Source: Oscillospiraceae bacterium
GTDB lineage: Bacteria > Bacillota > Clostridia > Oscillospirales > Ruminococcaceae
Length of the DNA stretch: 64,000 nt
NCBI GenBank assembly: GCA_004555865.1
Contig: SFJO01000002.1
Coordinates: forward strand, 90,201 to 154,200
Direction: 5' to 3'
In this document: positions 54,816 through 63,743 of the stretch, in pieces
Layout of the letters: each line of letters starts with the position of its first letter
How positions within the stretch are numbered: position 1 is the stretch's first letter
Made by a program: the position numbers and the translations under genes
Notes under the pieces: generated by a model
Databases searched by the model: none
Seen by the model: only the letters and a program-made list of their open reading frames with translations
What the model was told of the DNA's origin: nothing

Positions 54816-54858
54816 GCAAAACGGGAGGTTGGCACGCCGCCTGAATGCAGCGAAGGGA

Positions 54859-55089
54859 TTACTTCTCCTCGATGCTGTACTCGAAGCCGTACTCGGCCTT
54901 CAGGGCTTCCACCTGATCCTTGGTGTCCTCAATGAAGGTCGGCTCATACACGCTGTTGCCGTTGTGAGCCTTCTTGTAGTCCTCCAGAATCTGGGTCAGC
55001 TTGCCCCAGGCTTCGTCCTGTGTGGCCTGTGCCATCTCCTGGGGGAACTGGATGATGTACTCGCGATGTTTGGGAATGCGTGCTTTCAT
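54859..55089 (-). CDS. Small hypothetical protein (76 aa)
   Basis: Trimmed to ATG 55089 (MKARIPKHREYIIQFPQEMAQATQDEAW), preceded by AAAGGAGA. Protein-like and charged. Last gene of the metG-tatD operon. Confidence 0.55.
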   Translation of the reverse strand: MKARIPKHREYIIQFPQEMAQATQDEAWGKLTQILEDYKKAHNGNSVYEPTFIEDTKDQVEALKAEYGFEYSIEEK

Positions 55090-55127
55090 GGTAATTTCTC
55101 CTTTTATTGGTTCAATCGTTGTGCGGT

Positions 55128-55946
55128 TCAAACGGTTCCGGGTCCGCCCTCTTCCAGGCCGAACACCCGCCGGGCGTTGGCCGCGGTTCGGGTCAGCAGT
55201 TCCTCCTCGGGCACGTCCAGCTCCCGGGCCAGCACGGCGGCGGTGTGGGCGATCAGCCCCGAGTCGTTCCGCTTGCCCCGGAAGGGCACCGGCGCCATAT
55301 AAGGGCAGTCGGTCTCCAGCAGCAGCTGTTCCGGCGGGGTCGCCTTGGCCGCCTCCAGCGCGCGGCGCGCCCCCTTAAAGGTGGCCGACCCGCCAAACCC
55401 CAAATACAGCCCCTGGGCGGTAAGCCATTCGGCGTCGTCCGCACTGCCGGAATAGCAGTGCAGAATGCCCTTGGGCTTATACTTGCGCAGCAGCTCGTAC
55501 ATGGGGGCATGGGCCTCCCGGTCGTGCAGGATGATGGGCTTGTCCAGCTCCCGGGCCAGCTTCAGCTGGGCTTCCAGCAGGTCCAGCTGGGCCTGCTCCG
55601 GAATGGGCCAGTGGTGGTCCAGCCCGCACTCGCCGACGGCCACCACCCGCTCGTCCTCAAACAGAGGGGCCATATCCCGCAGCTCGGCAACCCAATCGCC
55701 CCGGTACACGGCCACCGTGGCCGCGTCTTCCTCAATCAGGCTCTCCGGGTGAATGCCCACCGCGGCCCACACATAGGGGAACTTGTGTGCCAGCGCCACC
55801 GCCAGGGCGGCATCGCCGGAGTGGGTGGCGCACTCGCACACCCCCACCACGCCCTCTTCGGGCAGGCGGGCCAGCAACTCCTCCCGGTCCGGGTCGAAGC
55901 GGGTGCTGCAATAGTGGGCGTGGGTATCAAAAATAGGGCCTTTCAT
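55128..55946 (-). CDS. tatD: TatD-family metal-dependent hydrolase (DNase)
   Basis: 272 aa with IFDTHAHY, GECGLDHH, ILHDREAH, ILHCYSG and LLLETDCPYM motifs. Confidence 0.9.
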   Translation of the reverse strand: MKGPIFDTHAHYCSTRFDPDREELLARLPEEGVVGVCECATHSGDAALAVALAHKFPYVWAAVGIHPESLIEEDAATVAVYRGDWVAELRDMAPLFEDERVVAVGECGLDHHWPIPEQAQLDLLEAQLKLARELDKPIILHDREAHAPMYELLRKYKPKGILHCYSGSADDAEWLTAQGLYLGFGGSATFKGARRALEAAKATPPEQLLLETDCPYMAPVPFRGKRNDSGLIAHTAAVLARELDVPEEELLTRTAANARRVFGLEEGGPGTV

Positions 55947-55956
55947 CGCGTTTGCC

Positions 55957-57954
55957 TCAGCAGAGCTGAGCGCCGGGCTTCACGGTCTCCGGCAGCTGCA
56001 GCACCGTCACGTTGCCCTCATCGTCCTCGGCGGAAACGATCATGCCCTCGCTCACATACTTGCCCTTCATCATGGGCCGGGGGGCCAGGTTGGCCACGAT
56101 GCACAAATGCTTGCCGATCAGGTCCTCCGGGGCATACCACTTGGCAATGCCGGAGAGGATGGTGCGCTCGCGCTCGCCGTCAAACAGGGTAAACTTCAGC
56201 AGCTTCTTGCTCTCCTTCAGGCGCTCACAGGTCAGCACCTTCGCCACACGCATCTCGCACTTGGCAAAGTCGTCGATGGTGATCTCGGGCAGATGCTCCT
56301 GCTCCTTCGCCTCAGCCTGCTCGGCCTTGGGGGCCTCGGCGGGCTTCTCAGCAGCCTTTGCGGCCTCGGCAGCGGCCTTGCGGGCAGCGTCCTGCGCGGC
56401 CAGCTCGGCCAGCTCCTTGTTCACGTCAATGCGGGGGAACAGCGCCTCGCCCTTGTGGACGGTGTAGCTGGCGCGCTTGCCCCAGCTCAGGTCCTCAAAG
56501 CTCAGCTCGCCCTCGGCCAGGCCCAGCTGGGCAGCCATCTTGGGGGCGGTGTTGGGCAGGTAGGCATTCAGCAGAATGGCCGCCATGCGCAGGCTCTCGC
56601 ACAGGTTGTACAGCACCTGCTGCAGTTGCTCCTTCTTGCTCTCGTCCTTGGCCAGGGCCCAGGGCGCGGTCTCGTCAATGTACTTGTTGGCCCGCTGAAT
56701 GGCCTTGAAGATCTCCTGCAGGGCCTGGGGAATGAGCAGCTCGTCCATATCCTTGGCCACCTGGGCGGGCATGGCGCTCACCACAGCCTTCAGGTCCTCG
56801 TCAAACTCGGTGGCTGCGCCGGTGGGGGCCACGGTGCCGCCGAAGTACTTTTCGCACATGGCCACGGTGCGGCTGAGCAAGTTGCCCAGGTCGTTGGCCA
56901 GGTCGGAGTTGATGCGGTTGATGAGGGCCTCGTTGGTGAACATACCGTCGTTGCCGAAGGGGATCTCACGCAGCAGGAAGTAGCGGATGGCGTCCACGCC
57001 GTAGCGCTGGCACAGGACCACAGGGTCCACCACGTTGCCCACGGACTTGCTCATCTTGCCGCCGTTCATCAGCAGCCAGCCATGGCCGAACACCCGCTTG
57101 GGCAGGGGCAGGTCCAGCGCCATCAGCATGGCAGGCCACAGAATGGTGTGGAAGCGCAGGATCTCCTTGCCCACCATGTGAATGTCGGCGGGCCAGAACT
57201 TGTCGTAGTCGCTGTATTTCTCGTTGCCGTAGCCCAGCGCGGTGATGTAGTTGCTCAGGGCGTCCACCCACACATACATGGTGTGCTTGGTGTCAAAGGG
57301 AACGGGAATGCCCCAGGGCACGGTAGTGCGGGACACGCAGGTGTCCTGCAGGCCCTGCTTGATGAAGGCGATCATCTCGTTCTTGCGGCTTTCCGGCTGG
57401 ATGAACTGAGGGTTCTCCTCATACCACTTCAGCAGACGGTCGGCGTACTTGCTGGTCTTGAAGAAGTAGGCTTCCTCCTCGGCCTCGTACACATCGCGGC
57501 CGCAGTCGGGGCACTTTCCGTCCTTCAGCTGGCTGTCGGTCCAGAAGCTCTCGCAGGGCTTGCAGTAATGGCCCTTGTACACGCTCTTGTAAATGTCGCC
57601 CTTGTCGTGCAGCGTGGTGAAGATCTTCTGGCAGCTCTCCATATGGTAATCATCGGTGGTGCGGATGAACCGGTCATAGCTGATGTCCAGCAATTTCCAC
57701 AGGTCCTTCACGCCGCCGGGGCCTTCCACAATGTTGTCCACATACTGCTTGGGGGTCACGCCGGCCGCGGCGGCCTTATCCTGAATCTTCTGGCCGTGCT
57801 CGTCGGTGCCGGTGAGGAACATCACCTCTTTGCCCTGCAGCCGCTTGAAGCGGGCCAGCGCATCGCAGGCCACGGTGGTGTAGCTGTGGCCGATGTGCAG
57901 CTTATCGCTGGGATAGTAAATGGGGGTGGTGATGTAGAACGTATTCTTATCCAT
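55957..57954 (-). CDS. metG: Methionine--tRNA ligase (with C-terminal tRNA-binding domain)
   Basis: ORF 55957..58239 trimmed to ATG 57954 (MDKNTFYITTPIYYPSDKLHIGHSYTT, the HIGH motif), preceded by GAAAGGAAG. A KMSKS motif, a zinc knuckle CKPC..CPDC and an EMAP/Trbp111-like C-terminus are present. Confidence 0.95.
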   Translation of the reverse strand: MDKNTFYITTPIYYPSDKLHIGHSYTTVACDALARFKRLQGKEVMFLTGTDEHGQKIQDKAAAAGVTPKQYVDNIVEGPGGVKDLWKLLDISYDRFIRTTDDYHMESCQKIFTTLHDKGDIYKSVYKGHYCKPCESFWTDSQLKDGKCPDCGRDVYEAEEEAYFFKTSKYADRLLKWYEENPQFIQPESRKNEMIAFIKQGLQDTCVSRTTVPWGIPVPFDTKHTMYVWVDALSNYITALGYGNEKYSDYDKFWPADIHMVGKEILRFHTILWPAMLMALDLPLPKRVFGHGWLLMNGGKMSKSVGNVVDPVVLCQRYGVDAIRYFLLREIPFGNDGMFTNEALINRINSDLANDLGNLLSRTVAMCEKYFGGTVAPTGAATEFDEDLKAVVSAMPAQVAKDMDELLIPQALQEIFKAIQRANKYIDETAPWALAKDESKKEQLQQVLYNLCESLRMAAILLNAYLPNTAPKMAAQLGLAEGELSFEDLSWGKRASYTVHKGEALFPRIDVNKELAELAAQDAARKAAAEAAKAAEKPAEAPKAEQAEAKEQEHLPEITIDDFAKCEMRVAKVLTCERLKESKKLLKFTLFDGERERTILSGIAKWYAPEDLIGKHLCIVANLAPRPMMKGKYVSEGMIVSAEDDEGNVTVLQLPETVKPGAQLC

Positions 57955-58034
57955 GTTGTTTCTTCCTTTCACAGAAGGCCGCGAATGGAACGGACCTTCG
58001 TATTGCCTGCATGGCCGGCAACCGCCGACCCATA

Positions 58035-58053
58035 ATAATCTATTATAGATTAT
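58035..58053. promoter_or_regulatory. Perfect 19-bp palindrome ATAATCTAT-T-ATAGATTAT overlapping the metG -10
   Basis: Read directly from the sequence. It overlaps the predicted -10 (58049-58054) and the transcription start of metG. Confidence 0.4.
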
Positions 58054-58076
58054 AAAAGGCTTTGCCGCAAAGTCAA
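58049..58076 (-). promoter_or_regulatory. Sigma70 promoter of metG
   Basis: Minus strand reads TTGACT-16 nt-TATAAT, about 95 nt upstream of the ATG. Confidence 0.55.
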
Positions 58077-58232
58077 GCGGCCCACCACGGCAGCGCCCCG
58101 CCGGTTTGTTGCCAAAGTCACAGAAATTCTGCCTTCGGTTTGTATAAACTGATGATGAAACGGTGCAGACGAAAGGGGCCCGCCCGCCGTTTTCCGGGCG
58201 GTGAAGCCCGGCCGTATGCGCGGTTCCGTGCA

Positions 58233-58261
58233 TGGACAAACGCTGCCGGGGCCGCTATAAT
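58233..58261 (+). promoter_or_regulatory. Sigma70 promoter of the flavodiiron protein gene
   Basis: TGGACA-17 nt-TATAAT, about 80 nt upstream of ATG 58342. Confidence 0.55.
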
Positions 58262-58341
58262 CGAAGCACGGGGGTGTTCCTGCCCCCTGCTGGTTTTTGA
58301 TTCACCCGGTCAAGATTATAAAAAGAAAGAAGGCATTCTTC

Positions 58342-59541
58342 ATGAAAGATGTGCATCTTATCGCAGCCGATACCTATTGGCTGGGCGGCAGCGACCGCCG
58401 CCTGGCCATGTTTGAGAATCTCTTTCCCATTCCCCGGGGCGTGAGCTACAACTCCTACCTGATCCTGGACGAAAAGACTCTGCTGCTGGATACGGTGGAT
58501 TCTGCCGTGGCCCAGCCCTGGCTGGAGAACCTCACCGCTCTGCTGGCCGGCCGCCCGCTGGACTATCTGGTCATCAGCCACATGGAACCGGACCACTGCG
58601 CCCAGATCGCCCGGCTGACCGCCCTCTGGCCCGACCTGAAGCTGGTGGTAAACGCCAAAACCTGCCCCATGCTGCGGCAGTTCTTCGGCACCGACTGGCC
58701 CGACCGGCAGGAGGTTGTGGCCGAGGGCAGCACCCTGAGCACCGGCCGCCACACCCTGCGGTTTGCCATGGCCCCCATGGTGCACTGGCCCGAGGTGATG
58801 GTGAGCTTTGACGAGGCCACCGGGGCGCTGTACACGGCCGATGGCTTCGGCACCTTCGGCGCGCTGGACGGCGCGGTTTTTGCCGATCAGGTAAACTTTG
58901 AGCGGGACTGGCTGGACGATGCCCGCCGCTATTACGCCAACATCGTGGGCAAATACGGCGCTTCCGTGCAGGGGCTGCTGAAAAAGGCCGCCGCACTGCC
59001 GGTAAAGATGCTCTGCCCCCTGCACGGGCCCATCTGGCGCAAGGATCTGGATTGGTTTCTGGAAAAGTATGACCGGTGGAGCCGCTGGCAACCGGAGGGC
59101 AGCGGCGTGATGGTGGTGTACGGCAGCATGTACGGCAACACCGCCCGGGCGGCCGAGCTGTTCGCCGGGCTTCTGGCCGAGGGCGGCGCTGAGGACCTGC
59201 GGGTGTACGACGCTTCGATCACGCCGGTCAGCCATCTCATCGGCGAGGCCTTCCGCTGCAAGCAGATCGTTCTGGCTTGCCCCACCTACAACGGCGGGGT
59301 GTACCCGGCCATTGAGGCCTTTGTAAACGACATGAAGGCCCTGGCGCTTCAGGGCCGCACCTTTGCTCTGCTGGAAAACGGCAGCTGGGCCCCCGCGGCC
59401 GCCCGCCTGCTGCGCCCCAGCCTGGAGGCCATGAAGAACACCACCGTGCTGGAGCCGTTGGTCACCATCCGTGGCGCTTTGCGGGAGGACCAAATGGAAC
59501 AGCTGTCCGCCTTGCGGGATGCCGTTCTTGCCGGCTGCTGA
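58342..59541 (+). CDS. fprA: Flavodiiron protein (FprA-type A-flavoprotein: metallo-beta-lactamase fold + flavodoxin)
   Basis: Trimmed to ATG 58342 (MKDVHLIAADTYWLGGSDRRLAMFENLFPIPRGVSYNSYLI). The HMEPDH di-iron ligand motif is present. The flavodoxin-like C-terminus reads VVYGSMYGNTARAAE. Confidence 0.88.
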   Translation: MKDVHLIAADTYWLGGSDRRLAMFENLFPIPRGVSYNSYLILDEKTLLLDTVDSAVAQPWLENLTALLAGRPLDYLVISHMEPDHCAQIARLTALWPDLKLVVNAKTCPMLRQFFGTDWPDRQEVVAEGSTLSTGRHTLRFAMAPMVHWPEVMVSFDEATGALYTADGFGTFGALDGAVFADQVNFERDWLDDARRYYANIVGKYGASVQGLLKKAAALPVKMLCPLHGPIWRKDLDWFLEKYDRWSRWQPEGSGVMVVYGSMYGNTARAAELFAGLLAEGGAEDLRVYDASITPVSHLIGEAFRCKQIVLACPTYNGGVYPAIEAFVNDMKALALQGRTFALLENGSWAPAAARLLRPSLEAMKNTTVLEPLVTIRGALREDQMEQLSALRDAVLAGC

Positions 59542-59676
59542 GCCCTGCCTCGCCAAAAGCCGCTTTTCCCCCACAGAAGGCCGCCTGTCCGCACCGCTTC
59601 TTGCCGGCCCGGGGCCGCGGCTCCTCAGCAATTTTTCGGATTTGTCTATTTTTTAACAAATTTTTTCATTTTTCCC

Positions 59677-59705
59677 TTGCGCCCCGCCCCAAGGTACTGT
59701 ATACT
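59677..59705 (+). promoter_or_regulatory. Candidate sigma70 promoter of acyP
   Basis: TTGCGC-17 nt-TATACT preceded by a T-rich block. It gives a GC-rich leader of about 120 nt. Confidence 0.45.
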
Positions 59706-59828
59706 GAGGGCAATGAATCCGGCCGGCCTTCTGGCCAAGGGCCAGCGCACCCGCCCATGCTGACAGGGCAGGGGCGGCAGGGCGGCCCGGCCAACAAACC
59801 TTTGCGGATAAAACAAGGAGGCAATCGT

Positions 59829-60110
59829 ATGGCAACTGCAAAAATGCGCAAGCACTTCATTCTGGAAGGCCAGGTTCAGGGCGTGGGTCTGCGTTTCCGG
59901 GCTGAGTACGCCACCCAGATGATCCCCGTCACCGGCTGGATCAAAAACTGTGAGGACGGCGTGGTCGAGCTGGAGCTTCAGGGCAGCGAAGAGGACATCA
60001 ACCGCTTCGTGGCCGAACTGGAGAAGGGCCGCTATGTGCAGGTGGAAAAGCGCATTGTGAAGGACCTGCCTCTGGTGGAGGACGAAGTGGGCTTCAAAGT
60101 GCTTGAGTGA
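59829..60110 (+). CDS. acyP: Acylphosphatase
   Basis: ATG 59829 follows AGGAGG. 93 aa with ILEGQVQGVGLRFRAEYATQMIPVTGWIKNCEDGVVELELQG, the acylphosphatase signature. Confidence 0.88.
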   Translation: MATAKMRKHFILEGQVQGVGLRFRAEYATQMIPVTGWIKNCEDGVVELELQGSEEDINRFVAELEKGRYVQVEKRIVKDLPLVEDEVGFKVLE

Positions 60111-60161
60111 TTCCGGCGAGCCGTTTTGTCCATATTGCAGCACCGCATTCAGTTCAAAGCA

Positions 60162-60194
60162 GCGCCTCGGGGCCAGTGCCCCGGGGCGTTTTTA
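60162..60194 (+). terminator. Intrinsic terminator of acyP
   Basis: CGCCTCGGGGC-CAGT-GCCCCGGGGCG followed by TTTTTAT. Confidence 0.7.
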
Positions 60195-60364
60195 TATTCC
60201 GAAGCGTCCAAAAGTCATACTTTTCCCCGCTGCTTCCCGGGGTTCTATGCGTCCGGATGTGTACTCTTTGCACGCACAATTGGAACATTTATCCTGCTTG
60301 GCCCGGTGCGCCGGACGGCCCTTTGGCATAAACGCCGAAACCGTTTCGCGCGCGCCGTTTTGGC

Positions 60365-60393
60365 TTGCCCACACCCCGAAAAGATGTTATAGT
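60365..60393 (+). promoter_or_regulatory. Candidate sigma70 promoter of fhs
   Basis: TTGCCC-17 nt-TATAGT, about 105 nt upstream of ATG 60503. Confidence 0.45.
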
Positions 60394-60502
60394 AGATTTT
60401 GGGCCGCGCAGGCGGTGTCGCCTGTGCATATGCAGGCCCCAGGCAAGTCAGCCGGGGGGTGAAGCCCACCCTATGCCGGTATGGAAAAGGACGGTAATTG
60501 CT

Positions 60503-62179
60503 ATGAAGAGTGACATCGAAATCGCCCAGGCTGCCCAGATGCAGCCCATCACCCAGGTTGCCGAAAAGCTGGGTCTCACCGAGGATGAGATCAGCCTGTA
60601 CGGCAAGTACAAGGCCAAGATCGACCATCGCCTGCTTCAGCAGCCCCACAAGCAGGGCAAGCTGATTCTGGTAACGGCCATCAGCCCCACCCCCGCGGGC
60701 GAGGGCAAAACCACCACCAGCGTGGGCCTGGCCGATGCAATGAATGCCCTGGGCAAAAAGACCATGCTCTGCCTGCGTGAGCCCAGCCTGGGCCCCGTGT
60801 TCGGCGTAAAGGGCGGCGCGGCCGGCGGCGGCTACGCCCAGGTGGTGCCCATGGAGGACATCAACCTGCACTTCACCGGCGATCTGCATGCCATCGGCGC
60901 AGCCAACAACCTGCTGGCCGCCATGGTGGACAACAGCGTCTATCAGGGCAACCCCCATAACATTGACCCCCGGCGCATCGTGTGGAAGCGCTGCGTAGAT
61001 ATGAACGACCGTCAGCTGCGCTTTGTGGTGGACGGCATCGGCGGCAAGGTGAACGGCACCCCCCGTGAGGACGGCTTCGACATCACCGTTGCCAGCGAGG
61101 TCATGGCCATCTTCTGCCTGGCCACCGACCTGGAGGACCTGAAGGCCCGCCTGAGCCGCATTGTGGTGGCGTACAGCTACGACGGCAAGCCGGTCACCGC
61201 CGGTGACATCGGCGCGGCCGGCGCCATGACGGCCCTGCTGAAGGACGCCATCGACCCCAACCTGGTGCAGACGCTGGAGAACAACCCCGCCATCATCCAC
61301 GGCGGCCCCTTCGCCAACATTGCCCACGGCTGCAACAGCGTAATGGCCACCAAGCTCAGCCTGTCTCTGGCCGATTATGTGGTCACCGAGGCCGGTTTCG
61401 GCGCCGACCTGGGCGCGGAGAAATTCCTGGACATCAAGTGCCGCATGGCCGGCCTGGCCCCCAGCGCCGTGGTGTTGGTTGCCACCGTGCGCGCCCTGAA
61501 GCATCACGGCGGCTGCCCCAAAACCGAGCTGAACCAGCCCAGCGTGGAACTGGTGAAGGCCGGTGCTGCCAATCTGGCCCGCCACATCGACAACATGAAG
61601 AACCAGTTCGGCCTGCCCGTGTGTGTGGCCGTGAACGCCTTCCCCACCGACACCCCGGAAGAGCTGGCCGCGGTGGAAGAGCTGTGCGCTGAAATGGGTG
61701 TGCCCTGCGCCCTGAGCGAGGTATTCGCCAAGGGCGGCGAGGGCGGCAAGGCCCTGGCCGAGCAGGTTCTGAAGCTGATCGAGAGTGCCCCCGAAGGCGG
61801 CTGCCCCATCCGCTACACCTACCCCGCCGAGGCCAGCCTGACCGAGAAGATTGAGGCTGTGTGCAAGAACATCTACCGGGCCGACGGCGTGACCTACTCT
61901 CCCGCCGCCAAGAAGGCGCTGGACGAGTTCACCGCCCTGGGCTACGGCAGCCTGCCCGTGTGCATCGCCAAGACCCAGTACAGCTTCAGCGACGACGCCA
62001 AGCTGCTGGCCGCGCCCGAGCACTTCACCATGAACGTGCGGGATGCCCGCCTGTCGGCCGGTGCCGGGTTCGTGGTGGTCATCATGGGCAACATCATGAC
62101 CATGCCCGGCCTGCCCAAGAAGCCCGCCGCCGAGTCCATTGATGTGGATGCCAACGGCAAGATCACCGGCCTGTTCTGA
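60503..62179 (+). CDS. fhs: Formate--tetrahydrofolate ligase
   Basis: ORF trimmed to ATG 60503 ([25 protein letters not shown]). [16 protein letters not shown]-loop and [13 protein letters not shown] are present. 558 aa. Confidence 0.95.
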   Translation: MKSDIEIAQAAQMQPITQVAEKLGLTEDEISLYGKYKAKIDHRLLQQPHKQGKLILVTAISPTPAGEGKTTTSVGLADAMNALGKKTMLCLREPSLGPVFGVKGGAAGGGYAQVVPMEDINLHFTGDLHAIGAANNLLAAMVDNSVYQGNPHNIDPRRIVWKRCVDMNDRQLRFVVDGIGGKVNGTPREDGFDITVASEVMAIFCLATDLEDLKARLSRIVVAYSYDGKPVTAGDIGAAGAMTALLKDAIDPNLVQTLENNPAIIHGGPFANIAHGCNSVMATKLSLSLADYVVTEAGFGADLGAEKFLDIKCRMAGLAPSAVVLVATVRALKHHGGCPKTELNQPSVELVKAGAANLARHIDNMKNQFGLPVCVAVNAFPTDTPEELAAVEELCAEMGVPCALSEVFAKGGEGGKALAEQVLKLIESAPEGGCPIRYTYPAEASLTEKIEAVCKNIYRADGVTYSPAAKKALDEFTALGYGSLPVCIAKTQYSFSDDAKLLAAPEHFTMNVRDARLSAGAGFVVVIMGNIMTMPGLPKKPAAESIDVDANGKITGLF

Positions 62180-62210
62180 TCCTTTGGCTGTTTTTTGATT
62201 GAAAGATTCT

Positions 62211-62246
62211 GCGGCGCACCGTAAAATGGTGCGCCGCATTTTTTTG
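62211..62246 (+). terminator. Intrinsic terminator of fhs
   Basis: GCGGCGCACC-GTAAAAT-GGTGCGCCGC followed by ATTTTTTT. Confidence 0.75.
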
Positions 62247-62320
62247 CTGTGCGCCCGCTTCGCCCGCAAAAGATCGGGCTGAATAAGCAGGCCCGAACCA
62301 TTCAGCGTATATACAAAAGA

Positions 62321-62369
62321 ACAGACACAGTCCCTCGACGGTTTTCCGCCGGGACTGTGTCTGTTTTTG
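62321..62369. terminator. Bidirectional hairpin terminator downstream of the SGNH hydrolase gene
   Basis: ACAGACACAGTCCC-16 nt-GGGACTGTGTCTGT with T-tracts on both strands, about 50 nt after the stop at 62419. Confidence 0.65.
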
Positions 62370-62418
62370 TTTTGGATCATCCGATTCGTTCAAAATGGCC
62401 GCGGAATCCGCTTTTCTC

Positions 62419-63387
62419 TCAGCTCTCGATGTAGTAGGAGCTGCCATTCTCATAGGTGTTGCGGCGGTTGTACACCGTGTGGGTCAGAATGTAATTCTCC
62501 CACACCCGGTAGCCCTCGGGGGACATATGCACACAGTCGTAGTTGCCCAGATACTCGGTGCGCATCTGGCCCTCTTCGTCCACCAGGGCCTCCTGAATGT
62601 CCAGGAAATACACGCCCCACTTGGCCGCCAGAACCGCCAGCTGGTCGTTCACCTGGCGGAAGCGCTCGTTGGTCAGGCTCATCTGGTTGGGCAGGCGCTT
62701 TTCCTCCCGGATGGGGGGCAGGGCCTGCACATAGATGCCCACACCGTCGGGCAGCTCGTCGGTCAGCCGCTCCAGCATCCGGTCGTAGTAGGCGATGAAG
62801 GATTCATCGGTGGTGTTGTTCAGGGTGTTCACGCCCAGCTCCACGTACACATTGTCCGGCTGGCTGTCGATCAGGGCCTGCATGGGCACCTGCTCCTCGC
62901 CCGCCAGATTCTTCACGGCGGCGTCGTCCACCACCTGTTTTACGCCCATTCCCTTGTAGGCGCAGAAGTACGAGCGGTCCTTCGCCTCCAGCCCTGTATA
63001 GGTCTGGAACCCCTGGGTCAGGCTGTCGCCCAGGAACGTCACGCCGTTCAGGTAACTGGAATCCGCCTTGCCGTTGGCGGGCAGGGCCAGCATCCGGTAA
63101 TCCGCCGAGCGGATCTCCCCGTCAATGGTCTGCTCCACCGGCTCGCGGGTGTTCCAGCTGCCATCGTCCTCCCGGCCGGTCTGGGCCTTCAGCGGGGCCG
63201 GGGCGGCCGTTGCCTGCGGCTCCTCCGTAGCGGCGGGGGCGGGCTCTGCCTGTTTGCCGCACCGCACCAGCAAAAGCGCCGCTGCAAGCACTGCGCCAAG
63301 CACCACGATGGCTGCCACGAAGCGACGCCGGGCCGCCTTGCGCTTGCGGCGCCGGGTCTGTTCATAAAATTCACGATAGTTGGCCAT
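62419..63387 (-). CDS. SGNH/GDSL-family hydrolase with N-terminal membrane anchor
   Basis: ORF trimmed to ATG 63387 (MANYREFYEQTRRRKRKAARRRFVAAIVVLGAVLAAALLLV), preceded by GAGGAAAG. A GDS block (VTFLGDSLTQG) and a distal DCVH block are present. Confidence 0.75.
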   Translation of the reverse strand: MANYREFYEQTRRRKRKAARRRFVAAIVVLGAVLAAALLLVRCGKQAEPAPAATEEPQATAAPAPLKAQTGREDDGSWNTREPVEQTIDGEIRSADYRMLALPANGKADSSYLNGVTFLGDSLTQGFQTYTGLEAKDRSYFCAYKGMGVKQVVDDAAVKNLAGEEQVPMQALIDSQPDNVYVELGVNTLNNTTDESFIAYYDRMLERLTDELPDGVGIYVQALPPIREEKRLPNQMSLTNERFRQVNDQLAVLAAKWGVYFLDIQEALVDEEGQMRTEYLGNYDCVHMSPEGYRVWENYILTHTVYNRRNTYENGSSYYIES

Positions 63388-63490
63388 TTCACTTTCCTCT
63401 ATGCAAAGGGCCGCTGCGCCCGGTGCCAAAATGCAGGCTGTGCTGCCGCCGGGCATTTTTCGCAGCCGTTTTGATTGCGATACATTCACT

Positions 63491-63519
63491 ATTATATCGC
63501 CGCCCCGGCCCCGGTGCAA
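63491..63519 (-). promoter_or_regulatory. Sigma70 promoter of the SGNH hydrolase gene
   Basis: Minus strand reads TTGCAC-17 nt-TATAAT. The -35 is one arm of the GTGCAA-GGTG-TTGCAC palindrome (63514-63529). Confidence 0.5.
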
Positions 63520-63617
63520 GGTGTTGCACGACGGTTCTTTCTGAAAAAAGATGAAGGCGCCCGGCCGGCCCAGGCCGCATCTCCGCACGGCGTTTTTCCC
63601 CGCCCGGCGGTTTTCAC

Positions 63618-63646
63618 TTGACGAACCGCCCCGCAGCGCCTATACT
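63618..63646 (+). promoter_or_regulatory. Sigma70 promoter of degV
   Basis: TTGACG-17 nt-TATACT, about 95 nt upstream of ATG 63744. Confidence 0.5.
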
Positions 63647-63743
63647 GAAAGCAATGCATCTGGTTTTGAATACCAGATTCCGCTCTCCTTCGGGCTGCAG
63701 CGCCCGGGGCCGCGGCAAAAATCAATGAAAACGAGGGTTGCAT

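Noticed and set aside
57955-58300. Methionine T-box leader upstream of metG
   Set aside because: Only a loose GUGGUGGGCCGC similarity at about 58077-58088. That segment lies upstream of the strong TTGACT-16-TATAAT promoter. The region further upstream is occupied by the divergent fprA promoter, leaving no room for a 200-300-nt T-box leader.
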